NCBI GenBank assembly: GCA_041659805.1
Contig: JBAZXP010000001.1
Coordinates: forward strand, 256,589-320,588
Length of the DNA: 64,000 nucleotides
From: Microgenomates group bacterium
GTDB taxonomy: Bacteria > Patescibacteriota > Microgenomatia > Daviesbacterales > UBA10151
Direction: 5' to 3'
Shown: positions 48,040 through 58,300 of the stretch, one piece after another
Numbering within the stretch: the stretch's first letter is position 1
Layout of the letters: each line of letters opens with the position of its first letter
Notes under the pieces: model-generated
The model's input: the letters and a program-made list of their open reading frames with translations, nothing else
Told to the model about the DNA's origin: nothing
Database searches by the model: none
Translations under genes and position numbers: made by a program

Positions 48040-50349
48040 ATGAGTTTTTTAGATCAACTTACTGCTCTGCTTCCGTTTAATAAAAAGTCTGAAACTACAG
48101 AATATTTTTTTGCTGTCACTATCGGTTTGACTGAGGTTACCTCTACTGTTTGGGGTCTATATGGGAAACAAATAGATATATTAGGTCAAAAAACCCTTAC
48201 TTACTCTGATTTGGAAGATTTAACTGCCAAAACACATCAGGCTCTAGATGATTCCTTGGGGGCACTTGATTTGGAGCCTGAAAAAGTATTATTTGGGGTA
48301 CCGGAATCCTGGAGTATGGATGATAATCTCAAAGACCCATATTTAAAGCTTTTGAGCAAAATGCTTAAAGAATATGATCTTTCTCCGATGGCTTATGTTA
48401 CAACCACCAATTCTTTGTCTTATCTTTTGCAAAAGCAGGAAGGTGTACCACCCACAGCAATTCTTTTAGGTCTAGGAAGTTTTGTTGAGATAACTTTGGT
48501 AAAGGGTGGAAAAATTTTGGGAACAAAATCTACTAAAAGAACAGATATTTTATTTGAAGATATCGAAAAGGTTTTGCAGCAATTTATAGAGGTTGAGGTT
48601 TTGCCTTCAAAGATTTTATTGTATTCCACCAAAGCAGGACAGGATTTATCAAAATTGCATTCAGATTTAATGTCTTTCCCCTGGATGGCCAAACTTTCTT
48701 TCCTGCATTTTCCCAAAATTGAAATCTTGGCAGATGACATTTTATATCAGTCAGTCATTTTTGCCGGGGCGTCAGAACTTTATCCTGAAATAGATTTGAA
48801 GCATAACTTTTCTCTTTACCAGCCTATCACCCCTTCGTTTGAAGAAAAATCCCCACATGTTAGAGGATTTCATGCTATGAATAAGTCTGAGGTGAATGAA
48901 GAAGGTGAGGTAGAAGATTTGGGTTTTGTGAAGGGTGATATCAGAAAAGAACTTGAAAAACAGCAGGAAGAAAGTTCTCATGCCTCGCCCCGTAAGTTAA
49001 AAAAGTTTTCCGCTATGGAAGCAGAAGATTTGGAATCAGATAATTTAATTTCACCTGAAACAGAAGAAGAAGAGATGTGGGGGGAGCCGGTAGAGCATCC
49101 CAAAAAAGGCAAATCTTTGATAAACTCATTGGGGGGCTTTTTTCCAATGCAACAGTTTTTCTCAAAAATTCATATTCCTAAGAAATTCCCTTTGAAAGGA
49201 TTTTTGTCAGGTAAACTGATACTTATCCTGATTGTGCTTGGAGTAACTGTAGCCTTATATGTTTTTCTGAATAAGGCAAAGGTTGAAATTTTGGTAGAAC
49301 CAAAGTTGCTCACCAAAGAGACTCAGGTAGTGGCAGATCCTAAGGTCAAACAAATAGATGAAGCAAATAAAATTATCCCCGGAACAATAATAGAAACCAC
49401 AGAAACAGGCACAGAAAAAGGGACTGCGACCGGTTCCAAGCAAATCGGTGATTCTGCGAAAGGCAAAGTGGTAATCCGCAATAAAACAGATTCTGGTATC
49501 ACGGTTGCTAAAGGGACTACTTTAACTTCCGGTTCGGGGTTGAAATTTACTCTGGATCAAAGCGCGATAATTTCATCAGCTTCCTCATCTTTGACTCCAG
49601 ATGGTCAAACTACGACTTGGGGTAAATCTGATCCAGTTGGGGTCACAGCTGTTGCCATTGGTCCTGAAAGTAATTTAACCGGAGGAACTGAGATGATAGT
49701 AGGGAGTTATTCTAAAGATCAGCTTATTTCTAGTGTTGATGCCGCTTTATCAGGTGGAACATCCAAAACAGTGACTGTCGTAACTTCTGAAGATCAAAAA
49801 ATGTTACAGGCAAAATTAACAGATACTTTGCGCCAAAAAGCGGTGACTACTTTACAGGATCAATCCAAAAACGGGCAGAAGGTTATTACTGATGCAATGA
49901 GCGTTACTGATGGAAAATATAGTTTTAGCAAACAGGTTAATGATCCGGCATCAGATTTTACCCTGAATGCCACCATTCGTTTCCGGGGGACTTCATATCT
50001 TGATGCAGATTTGCGAACAATTGTTTCAAAACTTGTGGTAACAGATATACCTGCCAACTACCAGATGAGTTTGCAGGATGCAGAAACGCAGGCAGCTGTA
50101 ACCAAAGTTGAAAAAGATGGCAGGCTTATTTTTAACGCAAAATTTATTGCCAAATTATTACCGAATTTTAATACTGATGAAATTAAAAAATCGATTATTG
50201 GTAAAAGTATTCCTGATGCAAGTACAAAATTAAAAGAAATTGAAAATGTAATTGGTTCAGAAATTACACTTACACCCGCTCTTCCAGGGCCTTTGGGTAG
50301 ATTACCACTCTTGGATCAAAATATTACTATTACTATTTCTCCCAAGTAA
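48040..50349 (+). CDS. Bitopic protein: FtsA/PilM-like N-domain, acidic linker, TM, baseplate-J-like C-domain
   Basis: N-domain beta/alpha pattern (VLFGVPESW); TM near residue 400; ATGSKQIGDSAKGKVVIRN…GLKF…GGTS. Confidence 0.6.
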   Translation: MSFLDQLTALLPFNKKSETTEYFFAVTIGLTEVTSTVWGLYGKQIDILGQKTLTYSDLEDLTAKTHQALDDSLGALDLEPEKVLFGVPESWSMDDNLKDPYLKLLSKMLKEYDLSPMAYVTTTNSLSYLLQKQEGVPPTAILLGLGSFVEITLVKGGKILGTKSTKRTDILFEDIEKVLQQFIEVEVLPSKILLYSTKAGQDLSKLHSDLMSFPWMAKLSFLHFPKIEILADDILYQSVIFAGASELYPEIDLKHNFSLYQPITPSFEEKSPHVRGFHAMNKSEVNEEGEVEDLGFVKGDIRKELEKQQEESSHASPRKLKKFSAMEAEDLESDNLISPETEEEEMWGEPVEHPKKGKSLINSLGGFFPMQQFFSKIHIPKKFPLKGFLSGKLILILIVLGVTVALYVFLNKAKVEILVEPKLLTKETQVVADPKVKQIDEANKIIPGTIIETTETGTEKGTATGSKQIGDSAKGKVVIRNKTDSGITVAKGTTLTSGSGLKFTLDQSAIISSASSSLTPDGQTTTWGKSDPVGVTAVAIGPESNLTGGTEMIVGSYSKDQLISSVDAALSGGTSKTVTVVTSEDQKMLQAKLTDTLRQKAVTTLQDQSKNGQKVITDAMSVTDGKYSFSKQVNDPASDFTLNATIRFRGTSYLDADLRTIVSKLVVTDIPANYQMSLQDAETQAAVTKVEKDGRLIFNAKFIAKLLPNFNTDEIKKSIIGKSIPDASTKLKEIENVIGSEITLTPALPGPLGRLPLLDQNITITISPK

Positions 50350-50366
50350 TATTATATAATCACCAG

Positions 50367-50747
50367 ATGAGGTATTTAGGGGTTGATTGGGGCATCAAAA
50401 AAATTGGAGTTGCTATTTCTGAGGGGGATTTAGCCACCCCGTTAAAAACTCTGCATGTTAATGGTCTGGAAGATGCTATTTCTCAAATTGTAGGATGTTG
50501 CGAAGATGAAATAGCTGATCTGATTGTGCTTGGAAAACCAGAAGGTGAAATGGGGGAGATAGTTAAAAAGGTTTCCAAGCTTTTGAAAGGAGAGGGTTTT
50601 GAGGTTGTTTTAGCTGATGAAACATTATCCACTCAGGAAGCACAGAGTCTGATGATAGAAATGGGTTTGGGTAAAAAAGACAGAAAAGATGATAATGCCA
50701 CTTCTGCTGCTATAATTTTACAAAGATATTTGGATGAGAAACATTAA
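50367..50747 (+). CDS. ruvX: YqgF/RuvX family nuclease
   Basis: YLGVDWGIKKIGVAIS, DETLST, DNATSAAIILQRYL. Confidence 0.92.
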   Translation: MRYLGVDWGIKKIGVAISEGDLATPLKTLHVNGLEDAISQIVGCCEDEIADLIVLGKPEGEMGEIVKKVSKLLKGEGFEVVLADETLSTQEAQSLMIEMGLGKKDRKDDNATSAAIILQRYLDEKH

Positions 50748-51510
50748 TTTTCGTTTTATCCTGCTTGTTATTTTTTTATTAGCTGCTTTTCTGGCCTTTA
50801 AAGGAATAAAGGTTTATAAAACAATAATTGCTCCACCACCGCCTATTCCGACAGTTATTCCTGAAAAGAAAGTTACATTAATTGAAGGTTGGAGAGTGGA
50901 AGAAATGGCAGAAAAACTGAATAAAGAGTTGGGAATTAAGAATAAGGATTTTCTTGTTGTTGCCAAAGAGGGTTATATGTTTCCTGATACTTATTTTTTT
51001 GAACCAGATGCTTCTGCTTCCGCTGTTGCTAAAAAACTCAGATCAACCTTTGATTTAAAATATGATGCAGATTTGCAGGCAAAAATAAAAAAATTGGGTT
51101 TAACATCATCAGAGGGGGTAATTTTAGCCTCAATCGTGGAAAGAGAAGCCAGGTCAGATGAAGCAAGAAAAATGGTTGCTTCAATTCTTTTAAAAAGATT
51201 AAAGATTGATATGGGACTTAACGTTGATGCTGGAATTCAATATGCATTGGGATATCAGCAGGCAGAAAAATCATGGTGGAAAAGAAATTTAACTAAAGAT
51301 GATCTGAAAATTAATTCTCCTTATAATACTTATATTCATGCGGGCTTTCCACCTACTCCAATTTGTAATCCATCACTATCATCTTTGGAAGCAATAGCAA
51401 ATGCGGATTCGAAAACACCATATTTATATTATTTCCATGATTCACAGGGAGTCTCCCATTACAGCAAAACTTTAGAAGAACACAATCAACAAATAGCTGA
51501 CTATTTGTAG
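50734..51510 (+). CDS. mltG: Endolytic transglycosylase MltG
   Basis: EGYMFPDTY, ASIVERE, SPYNTY…PPTPICNP, YLYY. Confidence 0.95.
   Translation: MRNINFRFILLVIFLLAAFLAFKGIKVYKTIIAPPPPIPTVIPEKKVTLIEGWRVEEMAEKLNKELGIKNKDFLVVAKEGYMFPDTYFFEPDASASAVAKKLRSTFDLKYDADLQAKIKKLGLTSSEGVILASIVEREARSDEARKMVASILLKRLKIDMGLNVDAGIQYALGYQQAEKSWWKRNLTKDDLKINSPYNTYIHAGFPPTPICNPSLSSLEAIANADSKTPYLYYFHDSQGVSHYSKTLEEHNQQIADYL
50920..50947 (+). repeat. Degenerate 7-bp array inside mltG
   Basis: AATAAAG AGTTGGG AATTAAG AATAAGG (encodes NKELGIKNK). Confidence 0.5.
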
Positions 51511-51708
51511 TTATTTTTTAGTAATTTTAGGTAAAAAGTAGATTAAAATTCCAACTGCAATTAAACTGAATCCCCATTTTAACGGATGAAGCCCAAAAAC
51601 CAGATTAGAAAGTAATGCTCCAATTCCAATACCGATTATTAATTTAGATATGCAACAAGAGTTACCTCCTTCACAACACATAATATCTTTTGAAGTTTTT
51701 TTAGCCAT
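51511..51708 (-). CDS. Small two-TM membrane protein
   Basis: 65 aa; CC…CC, then GIGIG TM and LHPLKWG TM. Confidence 0.7.
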   Translation of the reverse strand: MAKKTSKDIMCCEGGNSCCISKLIIGIGIGALLSNLVFGLHPLKWGFSLIAVGILIYFLPKITKK

Positions 51709-51726
51709 ATATTTTTCACCCCCTCA

Positions 51727-51761
51727 AATTAAGTATTAAGTATTATGTATAAAGTATCAAG
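51727..51761. repeat. Intergenic 7-bp tandem array
   Basis: AATTAAG TATTAAG TATTATG TATAAAG TATCAAG. Confidence 0.8.
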
Positions 51762-51789
51762 GACTAAAAAAATGCAACAAAATTCACTG

Positions 51790-51871
51790 TTGACAGCGGG
51801 TGTATTTTATGGTTAAATTACCCACAGCTAAAGAGTTTTTAAGAGGCATACTCGCTATGTATGCTTCTTTT
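51790..51871 (+). promoter_or_regulatory. rpoB promoter with leader terminator-like hairpin
   Basis: TTGACA 51790, TAAATT 51814; AAGAGGCATAC-tcgctat-GTATGCTTCTTTT. Confidence 0.65.
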
Positions 51872-51920
51872 CGTTGTATCCCCTAAAAGGGAACTATAGG
51901 TTATAAGGAACCATCTACTG

Positions 51921-54900
51921 ATGCCTAAACAAGTTGATAAACAAATAAATAACAGTACCCGCACATATTGGGGAAACAGAAAGTCTTTCAACCAACAGTT
52001 TGATTTAACGTATCTCCAAAAAGAATCATATGCATGGTTTATGGAACAAGGTGTCGGAGAAATCCTTCATTCAGTCAATCCCGTTTTAGATTTCACAGGT
52101 AAAAATTGGAAACTTACCTTTGAAGAATATACTTTAGGAAAACCTAGATACACCCCCGACGAAGCAAATCTGAAGGGGGTTTCTTATGATGCACCACTCC
52201 GAGTTAAAGTCACTTTAATTAATTTACAAACCAACGAAGAATATAAACAAGAGGTTTTCTTGGGTGATATTCCACAAATGACAGATAAAGGAACTTTTAT
52301 TGTTAACGGAATTGAAAGAGCAGTAGTTAACCAAATCGTCCGTTCACCGGGCGTTTTCTTTTCTTCAGCCCAAGATCCTATTACAGGAAAAATTTTATAT
52401 TCAGCAGAACTTCGACCTGCACACGGTTCATGGTTAGAATTTTCTATTTCCAGATCAGATGTTTTGACAGTTAAAATTGACAGACGAAGAAAATTTGCAG
52501 CTTCTACATTCCTTAGAGCAATCGGTTATTCTGACGATGATCAAATCAGAGAACTCTTTAAAGACTTAAATTTACCAGAAGATCGCAATTTCGTGGCTGC
52601 CACTTTAGGCAAAGACACAACCTCAAATACAGATGAAGCACTCCTTGAAATTTACCGAAAAATGAGACCTGGTGATCCAGTAGTTTTGGAAAATGCTAAA
52701 GCTTTACTTGCAGGCATGTTTTTTAATTCCAGACGATATGATTTAACCAGAGTTGGTAGATTCAAAATCAACAAAAAATTAAAACTGGATATTCCAAATA
52801 CCCCTGATAACTGGATTTTGAAAAATGAAGATATTATTGCCACCATCCGCTACTTAATTAACTTACAACTGGGACAAGGAAAAGTTGATGATATTGATCA
52901 TTTGGCTAATAGACGTGTCAGACGAGTTGGAGAACTCGTTGCTCAAAACGCTTTCTGGGTAGGTTTACTCAGACTGGAAAGAGTAATTAAAGAAAGAATG
53001 AGTTTGCTTTCTGCTGAAATGGAAATTAATCCAGGGTCTTTAGTTAATGCCAGACCGATTATTGCTGCAGTTAATGAATTTTTCCGTTCATCCCAACTTT
53101 CACAAATTTTAGACCAAACCAACCCATTATCTGAGGTTGATCATTTAAGAAGACTTACCGTGACTGGACAAGGTGGTATTACGCGTGAGCGAGCATCTTT
53201 CTCTATTCGTGATATTAATCATTCCCAATACGGAAGAATTGATCCGATCCGTTCTCCTGAAGGTCCGAACATTGGTTTGGTGACATATTTAGCTTTATAT
53301 GCCCGAATTAATGAATATGGATTCTTGGAAACACCTTACAGAAAAGTAATCTTAGAAAAAGGCAAACCAAGGGTGACTGATGAAATAGTTTATCTGTCAG
53401 CTGAAGATGAAGAAGAATTTTATATTACTGAAGCAACTGCAAAATTAGATGAAAAAGGATTTATTACCTCAGAACGTGTGCCGGTTAGATACAATGGCAG
53501 TTTCTTTGAAACCGAGGCTAAAGTAATCCAATATATCGATATTTCACCACAACAAATTGTGGGAATTTCTGCGTCTCTTATTCCATTTTTAGCCCATGAT
53601 GATGCAAACCGGGCTTTGATGGGTTCACACATGCAGAATCAGGCTGTTCCATTACTTCTACCAACAGCTCCTGTTGTGGGAACTGGTATGGAAGTAGTTG
53701 TGGCTGATAATATGTCCAGAGTTCAAAGAGCACCATTTGAGGGAACAATTACTTATGTTGATGGCGAAAAATTAACATTAACCGGTAAAAAAGATTCTCA
53801 AACATATTTAATCAAAAAATTCGTTAATACTCCGGAAAACACCTGTTATTCACAAAGACCTGCAGTTTCTTTGGGTCAAAAAGTTAAAGAAGGAGATCTG
53901 TTGCTTGAAGGAACAGCCACAGACGGCGGAGAATTATCACTCGGACGAAATCTTTTAATCGCCTATATGAACTATGAAGGTTTGGGTTATGAGGATGCTA
54001 TCGTAATTTCAGAAAAATTGGTTAAACAGGATGCCTTGTCCTCTATTTATATTGAAGAATATGTCACAGATGTTGTTGAAACAAAACTTGGCCCCGACGA
54101 GCTGACCCGGGATATTCCAAACGTTGCTGAAGAAAACTTGGCAAATTTGGATGAAACAGGAATTGTTCGAATTGGTGCTAAAGTAGGACCAAATGATATT
54201 TTAGTCGGAAAAGTTCAACCAAAAGGTGAAACAGAGTTAACTGCAGAAGAAAGATTACTCAGAGCAATTTTCGGAGAAAAAGCTAAAGAAGTTAGAGACA
54301 CCTCTCTTCGAATGCCGCACGGAGAAAGAGGTACAGTTATCGGAGTTCAGATTTTATCCCGCGAAAATGGTGATGAGTTGGATGCAGGAACTTTGCAAAA
54401 GATTAAAGTTAAGATTGCTCAACTTAGAAAAGTAACAGTTGGAGACAAATTAGCTGGTAGACATGGAAACAAAGGTGTTATTTCTAAAATTGTTCCTGAA
54501 ATCGATATGCCACATCTTCCTGATGGAACTCCAGTTGATATTATCATCTCTCCTGTGACCATTTTGTCCCGTATGAACTTGGGTCAGCTTTTGGAGGCTC
54601 ATTTAGGTTTGGCTGCAACCAGACTTGGGATTAAAGTAGCTGCACCTGTTTTTGAAAAAATTCCTGAAACAATTATTTTGGATATGCTTAAAAAAGCAGG
54701 AATTCCTGAAACAGGAAAAATGAAGCTAATTGACGGTAGAACAGGTGAATATTTTGATCAGGATGTAGTTGTTGGAATGGCATATTTCCTGAAACTTATC
54801 CACATGGTGGAAGATAAACAACACGCCAGATCAACAGGTCCATACTCCATGGTTACACAACAGCCACTTGGTGGAAAAGCTCAAATGGGAGGTCAGAGGC

Positions 54901-55391
54901 TTGGGGAAATGGAAGTTTGGGCATTGGAAGCATATGGTGCAGCTCATATTTTACAGGAAATGTTAACTATTAAATCAGATGATGTAGTTGGTCGAACCAG
55001 AGCTTATCAGGCAATTATTCAAGGTGAAGATATTCCACAAGCTTTGATTCCTGAATCATTTAAAGTGCTTGTTAAAGAATTACAATCTTTGGGTATTAAT
55101 GTAGAAACTGTTAATCCAAAATTGGGAGTAATGGAAGCTGAAGCAATAGTTGCGCCAGAAGAAATTGCAGTTACAGCAGATGTAATTGAAGCAATGGAGG
55201 GTGATCAAATTGGTGAGACTTCAGAATTATTAGCAGAAGATTCTCCAATGGAAGTGGTTGACTTAAAAGAAGAGATGGCGGAGAATGTACCATCAGGATC
55301 AGAAGAGATGATGGCTGAGATTGCTGCACCCACCGAAGAAGAACCTGAAGAAGCAGAACTCAAAGAAGTAGAAGAAGAGGAAAAAGAGTAA
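51921..55391 (+). CDS. rpoB: RNA polymerase beta subunit
   Basis: SQLSQILDQTNPL, PEGPNIGL, GDKLAGRHGNKG, GGQRLGEME. Confidence 0.99.
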   Translation: MPKQVDKQINNSTRTYWGNRKSFNQQFDLTYLQKESYAWFMEQGVGEILHSVNPVLDFTGKNWKLTFEEYTLGKPRYTPDEANLKGVSYDAPLRVKVTLINLQTNEEYKQEVFLGDIPQMTDKGTFIVNGIERAVVNQIVRSPGVFFSSAQDPITGKILYSAELRPAHGSWLEFSISRSDVLTVKIDRRRKFAASTFLRAIGYSDDDQIRELFKDLNLPEDRNFVAATLGKDTTSNTDEALLEIYRKMRPGDPVVLENAKALLAGMFFNSRRYDLTRVGRFKINKKLKLDIPNTPDNWILKNEDIIATIRYLINLQLGQGKVDDIDHLANRRVRRVGELVAQNAFWVGLLRLERVIKERMSLLSAEMEINPGSLVNARPIIAAVNEFFRSSQLSQILDQTNPLSEVDHLRRLTVTGQGGITRERASFSIRDINHSQYGRIDPIRSPEGPNIGLVTYLALYARINEYGFLETPYRKVILEKGKPRVTDEIVYLSAEDEEEFYITEATAKLDEKGFITSERVPVRYNGSFFETEAKVIQYIDISPQQIVGISASLIPFLAHDDANRALMGSHMQNQAVPLLLPTAPVVGTGMEVVVADNMSRVQRAPFEGTITYVDGEKLTLTGKKDSQTYLIKKFVNTPENTCYSQRPAVSLGQKVKEGDLLLEGTATDGGELSLGRNLLIAYMNYEGLGYEDAIVISEKLVKQDALSSIYIEEYVTDVVETKLGPDELTRDIPNVAEENLANLDETGIVRIGAKVGPNDILVGKVQPKGETELTAEERLLRAIFGEKAKEVRDTSLRMPHGERGTVIGVQILSRENGDELDAGTLQKIKVKIAQLRKVTVGDKLAGRHGNKGVISKIVPEIDMPHLPDGTPVDIIISPVTILSRMNLGQLLEAHLGLAATRLGIKVAAPVFEKIPETIILDMLKKAGIPETGKMKLIDGRTGEYFDQDVVVGMAYFLKLIHMVEDKQHARSTGPYSMVTQQPLGGKAQMGGQRLGEMEVWALEAYGAAHILQEMLTIKSDDVVGRTRAYQAIIQGEDIPQALIPESFKVLVKELQSLGINVETVNPKLGVMEAEAIVAPEEIAVTADVIEAMEGDQIGETSELLAEDSPMEVVDLKEEMAENVPSGSEEMMAEIAAPTEEEPEEAELKEVEEEEKE

Positions 55392-55392
55392 T

Positions 55393-58300
55393 ATGAACAA
55401 CGATTTGTTAGATTTTGAAAGCTTAAAAGTAACTATTGCCAGCCCAGAGCAAATTAAGGCCTGGTCTTTTGGTGAGGTTACAAAACCTGAAACTATCAAT
55501 TACAGAACATTAAAACCTGAAAAAGACGGTTTGTTTGCTGAAAATATCTTTGGACCAACCAAAGATTATGAATGTTACTGTGGAAAATACAAAAGAATCA
55601 GGTATAGAGGTGTTATTTGTGATAAATGTGGTGTTGAAGTAACTCAAAGCAAAGTTAGACGTGAAAGAATGGGTCATATTACCCTGGCTGCGGCAGTTGC
55701 CCATAATTGGTTTGTTAAAGGTGCTCCTTCCAAATTATCTTTGGTACTCGATCTCTCCTTAAAATCTCTGGAAGCAGTTATCTATTTTGCTTCATATTTG
55801 GTAACAGATGTTGATATTGCTGCCAAAGAAAAAGCTATGGAACAGCTGGAAAAAGACCTTGAAAAGAAAAAAGCAGAAGCTCAGGACGGATTTGATAAAG
55901 CGGTTGTAAATTTGGAATTTGAACTGAAAAAACAAGTTTCAGAACTCAAAAAAGGTAAAGGTGAAGGCGGAGAATTAGAGGCAGAAGACTTAGGTCTAAA
56001 AACTAAACAGGAAGTTCAAAAGATGCGTGATAATCTGGCAGTCGGTTTTGGACAATTGGAACAAATCTACAAAGCTGTTGCTGACCTTGTTAAAAGCATC
56101 AATTTAATGAGGGTTATGTCTGAGGATGAATATTTGAAACTTGATGAATACGGCGTGGCTGATTTTGTCACTGTCGGTATGGGTGCAGAAGGACTGTTGG
56201 AAGTTTTGAAAAAGATTGACATGGATAAATTATCTGCCGATTTGAAAGAAGAAGTCAGAAAGACCACAGGTCAAAGACATATTAAAGCCACAAAAAGACT
56301 TAGGGTTGTTGAAGGAATGAGAGCAGCAGGTGTCGGTCCGGAATATATGGTCATGAGAATATTACCTGTTATTCCGCCGGATCTTCGACCTATGGTTCAG
56401 CTTCCCGGAGGAAGATTTGCCACATCCGATTTAAATGATTTGTATAGAAGAGTTATTAACCGAAACAACCGCTTGAAAAGATTAATTGATCTCGGTGCTC
56501 CTGAAATTATTTTGAGAAATGAAAAAAGAATGTTACAGGAAGCAGTTGACGCATTAATTGATTCAAATCTTAAAACAACTAGACGTGGAGCAGGGACAGG
56601 TCATGTGCTTAGATCTTTGTCAGACATGCTTCGTGGTAAACAGGGAAGATTCAGACAGAATTTGCTCGGTAAAAGGGTTGATTATTCAGGACGTTCAGTT
56701 ATTGTTGTCGGTCCACATTTGAAGCTAAATCAGGTCGGTTTGCCACGGGAAATGGCTCTGGAAATGTTCAAACCATTTGTTCTCCGCGAAATTATCGGTC
56801 GCGGTTTGGCTGCTAATATTAAAGGAGCCAAAAATATTTTGGAACTTCGAACTGCCGAAGTCTGGGATATCTTAGAAGGTGTTGTAGAAGGTCATCCGGT
56901 TTTGATAAACCGTGCACCGACTTTGCACAGATTAGGTATTCAGGCTTTCTTCCCATTACTTATTGACGGCAGTGCAATTCAACTTCATCCTTGTGTTTGT
57001 GCAGGATTTAATGCTGACTTTGATGGTGATCAAATGGCTATTCACGTCCCATTAAGTAAAAGAGCCCGTGATGAAGCTGAAAACTTGATGTTGGCCAGAG
57101 AAAATATCTTAAGACCGGCATCCGGTACACCTGTCACCGCACCTAACCGTGAAATGGGTCTTGGTTCTTATTATGCAACCACAGTTGATGACAAAATCGA
57201 ACCAATTACTGATCGGGTTTTTACACCAACTGAGGCAATTTTAGGTTTCCAAATCGGAAAAATAGGGCTCCGACAAAAGATCAACGTTAGATTTGAAGAC
57301 GGTTCTCAACTTGAAACATCTGTCGGAAGAGTTATGTTTAATGAACTTTTACCTAAAGCTCAAAGATTTATGAACAGCGCTGTCGGAGTAAAAGATCTTC
57401 AGGATATTACTATGAAAGCTTTCTCTGTTAAAGAAACGTCTGAGGAAGTTGCAGTCTTAATCGATAATCTAAAAGATTTCGGTTTCTGGGGTTCAGGACT
57501 TTCCGGATTATCCCTGGGTGTATTTGATAACACAATTATCCCTGAAAAAGACAAAATGATTGCTGACGGAGATAAAGAAGTTTCCGAAGTTGAAGCAAAC
57601 TTCAAAAAAGGTTTGATCACTAATGAAGAGAAACGTGTTTTGACAGAAGAAATTTGGACTAGAATCGGTGATGATATTGCTAAAAAGACACTGGGGTCAC
57701 TTACTTCGGATAATCCTGTCAGTATTATTATGAAATCCGGAGGAGCCCGTGCTACTCCTGAACAGATTAAGCAGCTTTCAGGTATGAGAGGTTTTTCTGT
57801 TGATCCTACAGGTAAAATTGTGGAACTTCCAACCAAGTCCAACTATCGTCAAGGTTTGGCTGTGTTTGAATACTTCACCTCATCCAGAGGAGCCAGAAAA
57901 GGTGTGGCTGATAGGGCTATTAAAACAGCTGATGCAGGATATTTAACCAGAAGACTGGTTGATGTAGCGCACGATGTCATTATCAGAACAGAAGATTGTG
58001 GAGATACTCATGGATTGGTCTTACCAGTTCCAACTGAAGGTGTTTCTGTCGGAGTTTCCAGATTCTTAGGTAGACATGTTGCAACTAAGATCATTGATCC
58101 AAAAACTAAAAAGGTTATGTTTGAGGCTGGTGATTACCTTGATGAAGAAAAAATTAAACAAATTATTGAAGCCGGAGTTGTTGAAATTAATGTATATTCT
58201 CCGCTTTCCTGTAAGGCTAAATATGGAGTTTGTGGAAAATGTTATGGTTGGGACTTTACTACCCGCAAGCCAGTGGCAATCGGTGTTCCTGTTGGTGTGG

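Noticed and set aside
48040-50349. Prophage or tailocin suggested by the baseplate-J-like domain
   Set aside because: Single membrane-anchored gene among housekeeping genes; no tail, capsid, terminase or integrase neighbours.
55100-55391. Glu-rich low-complexity tails of RpoB, NusA and DnaK; short IF-2, AlaRS and TPI
   Set aside because: Common features of CPR core proteins, useful for taxonomy but not novel.
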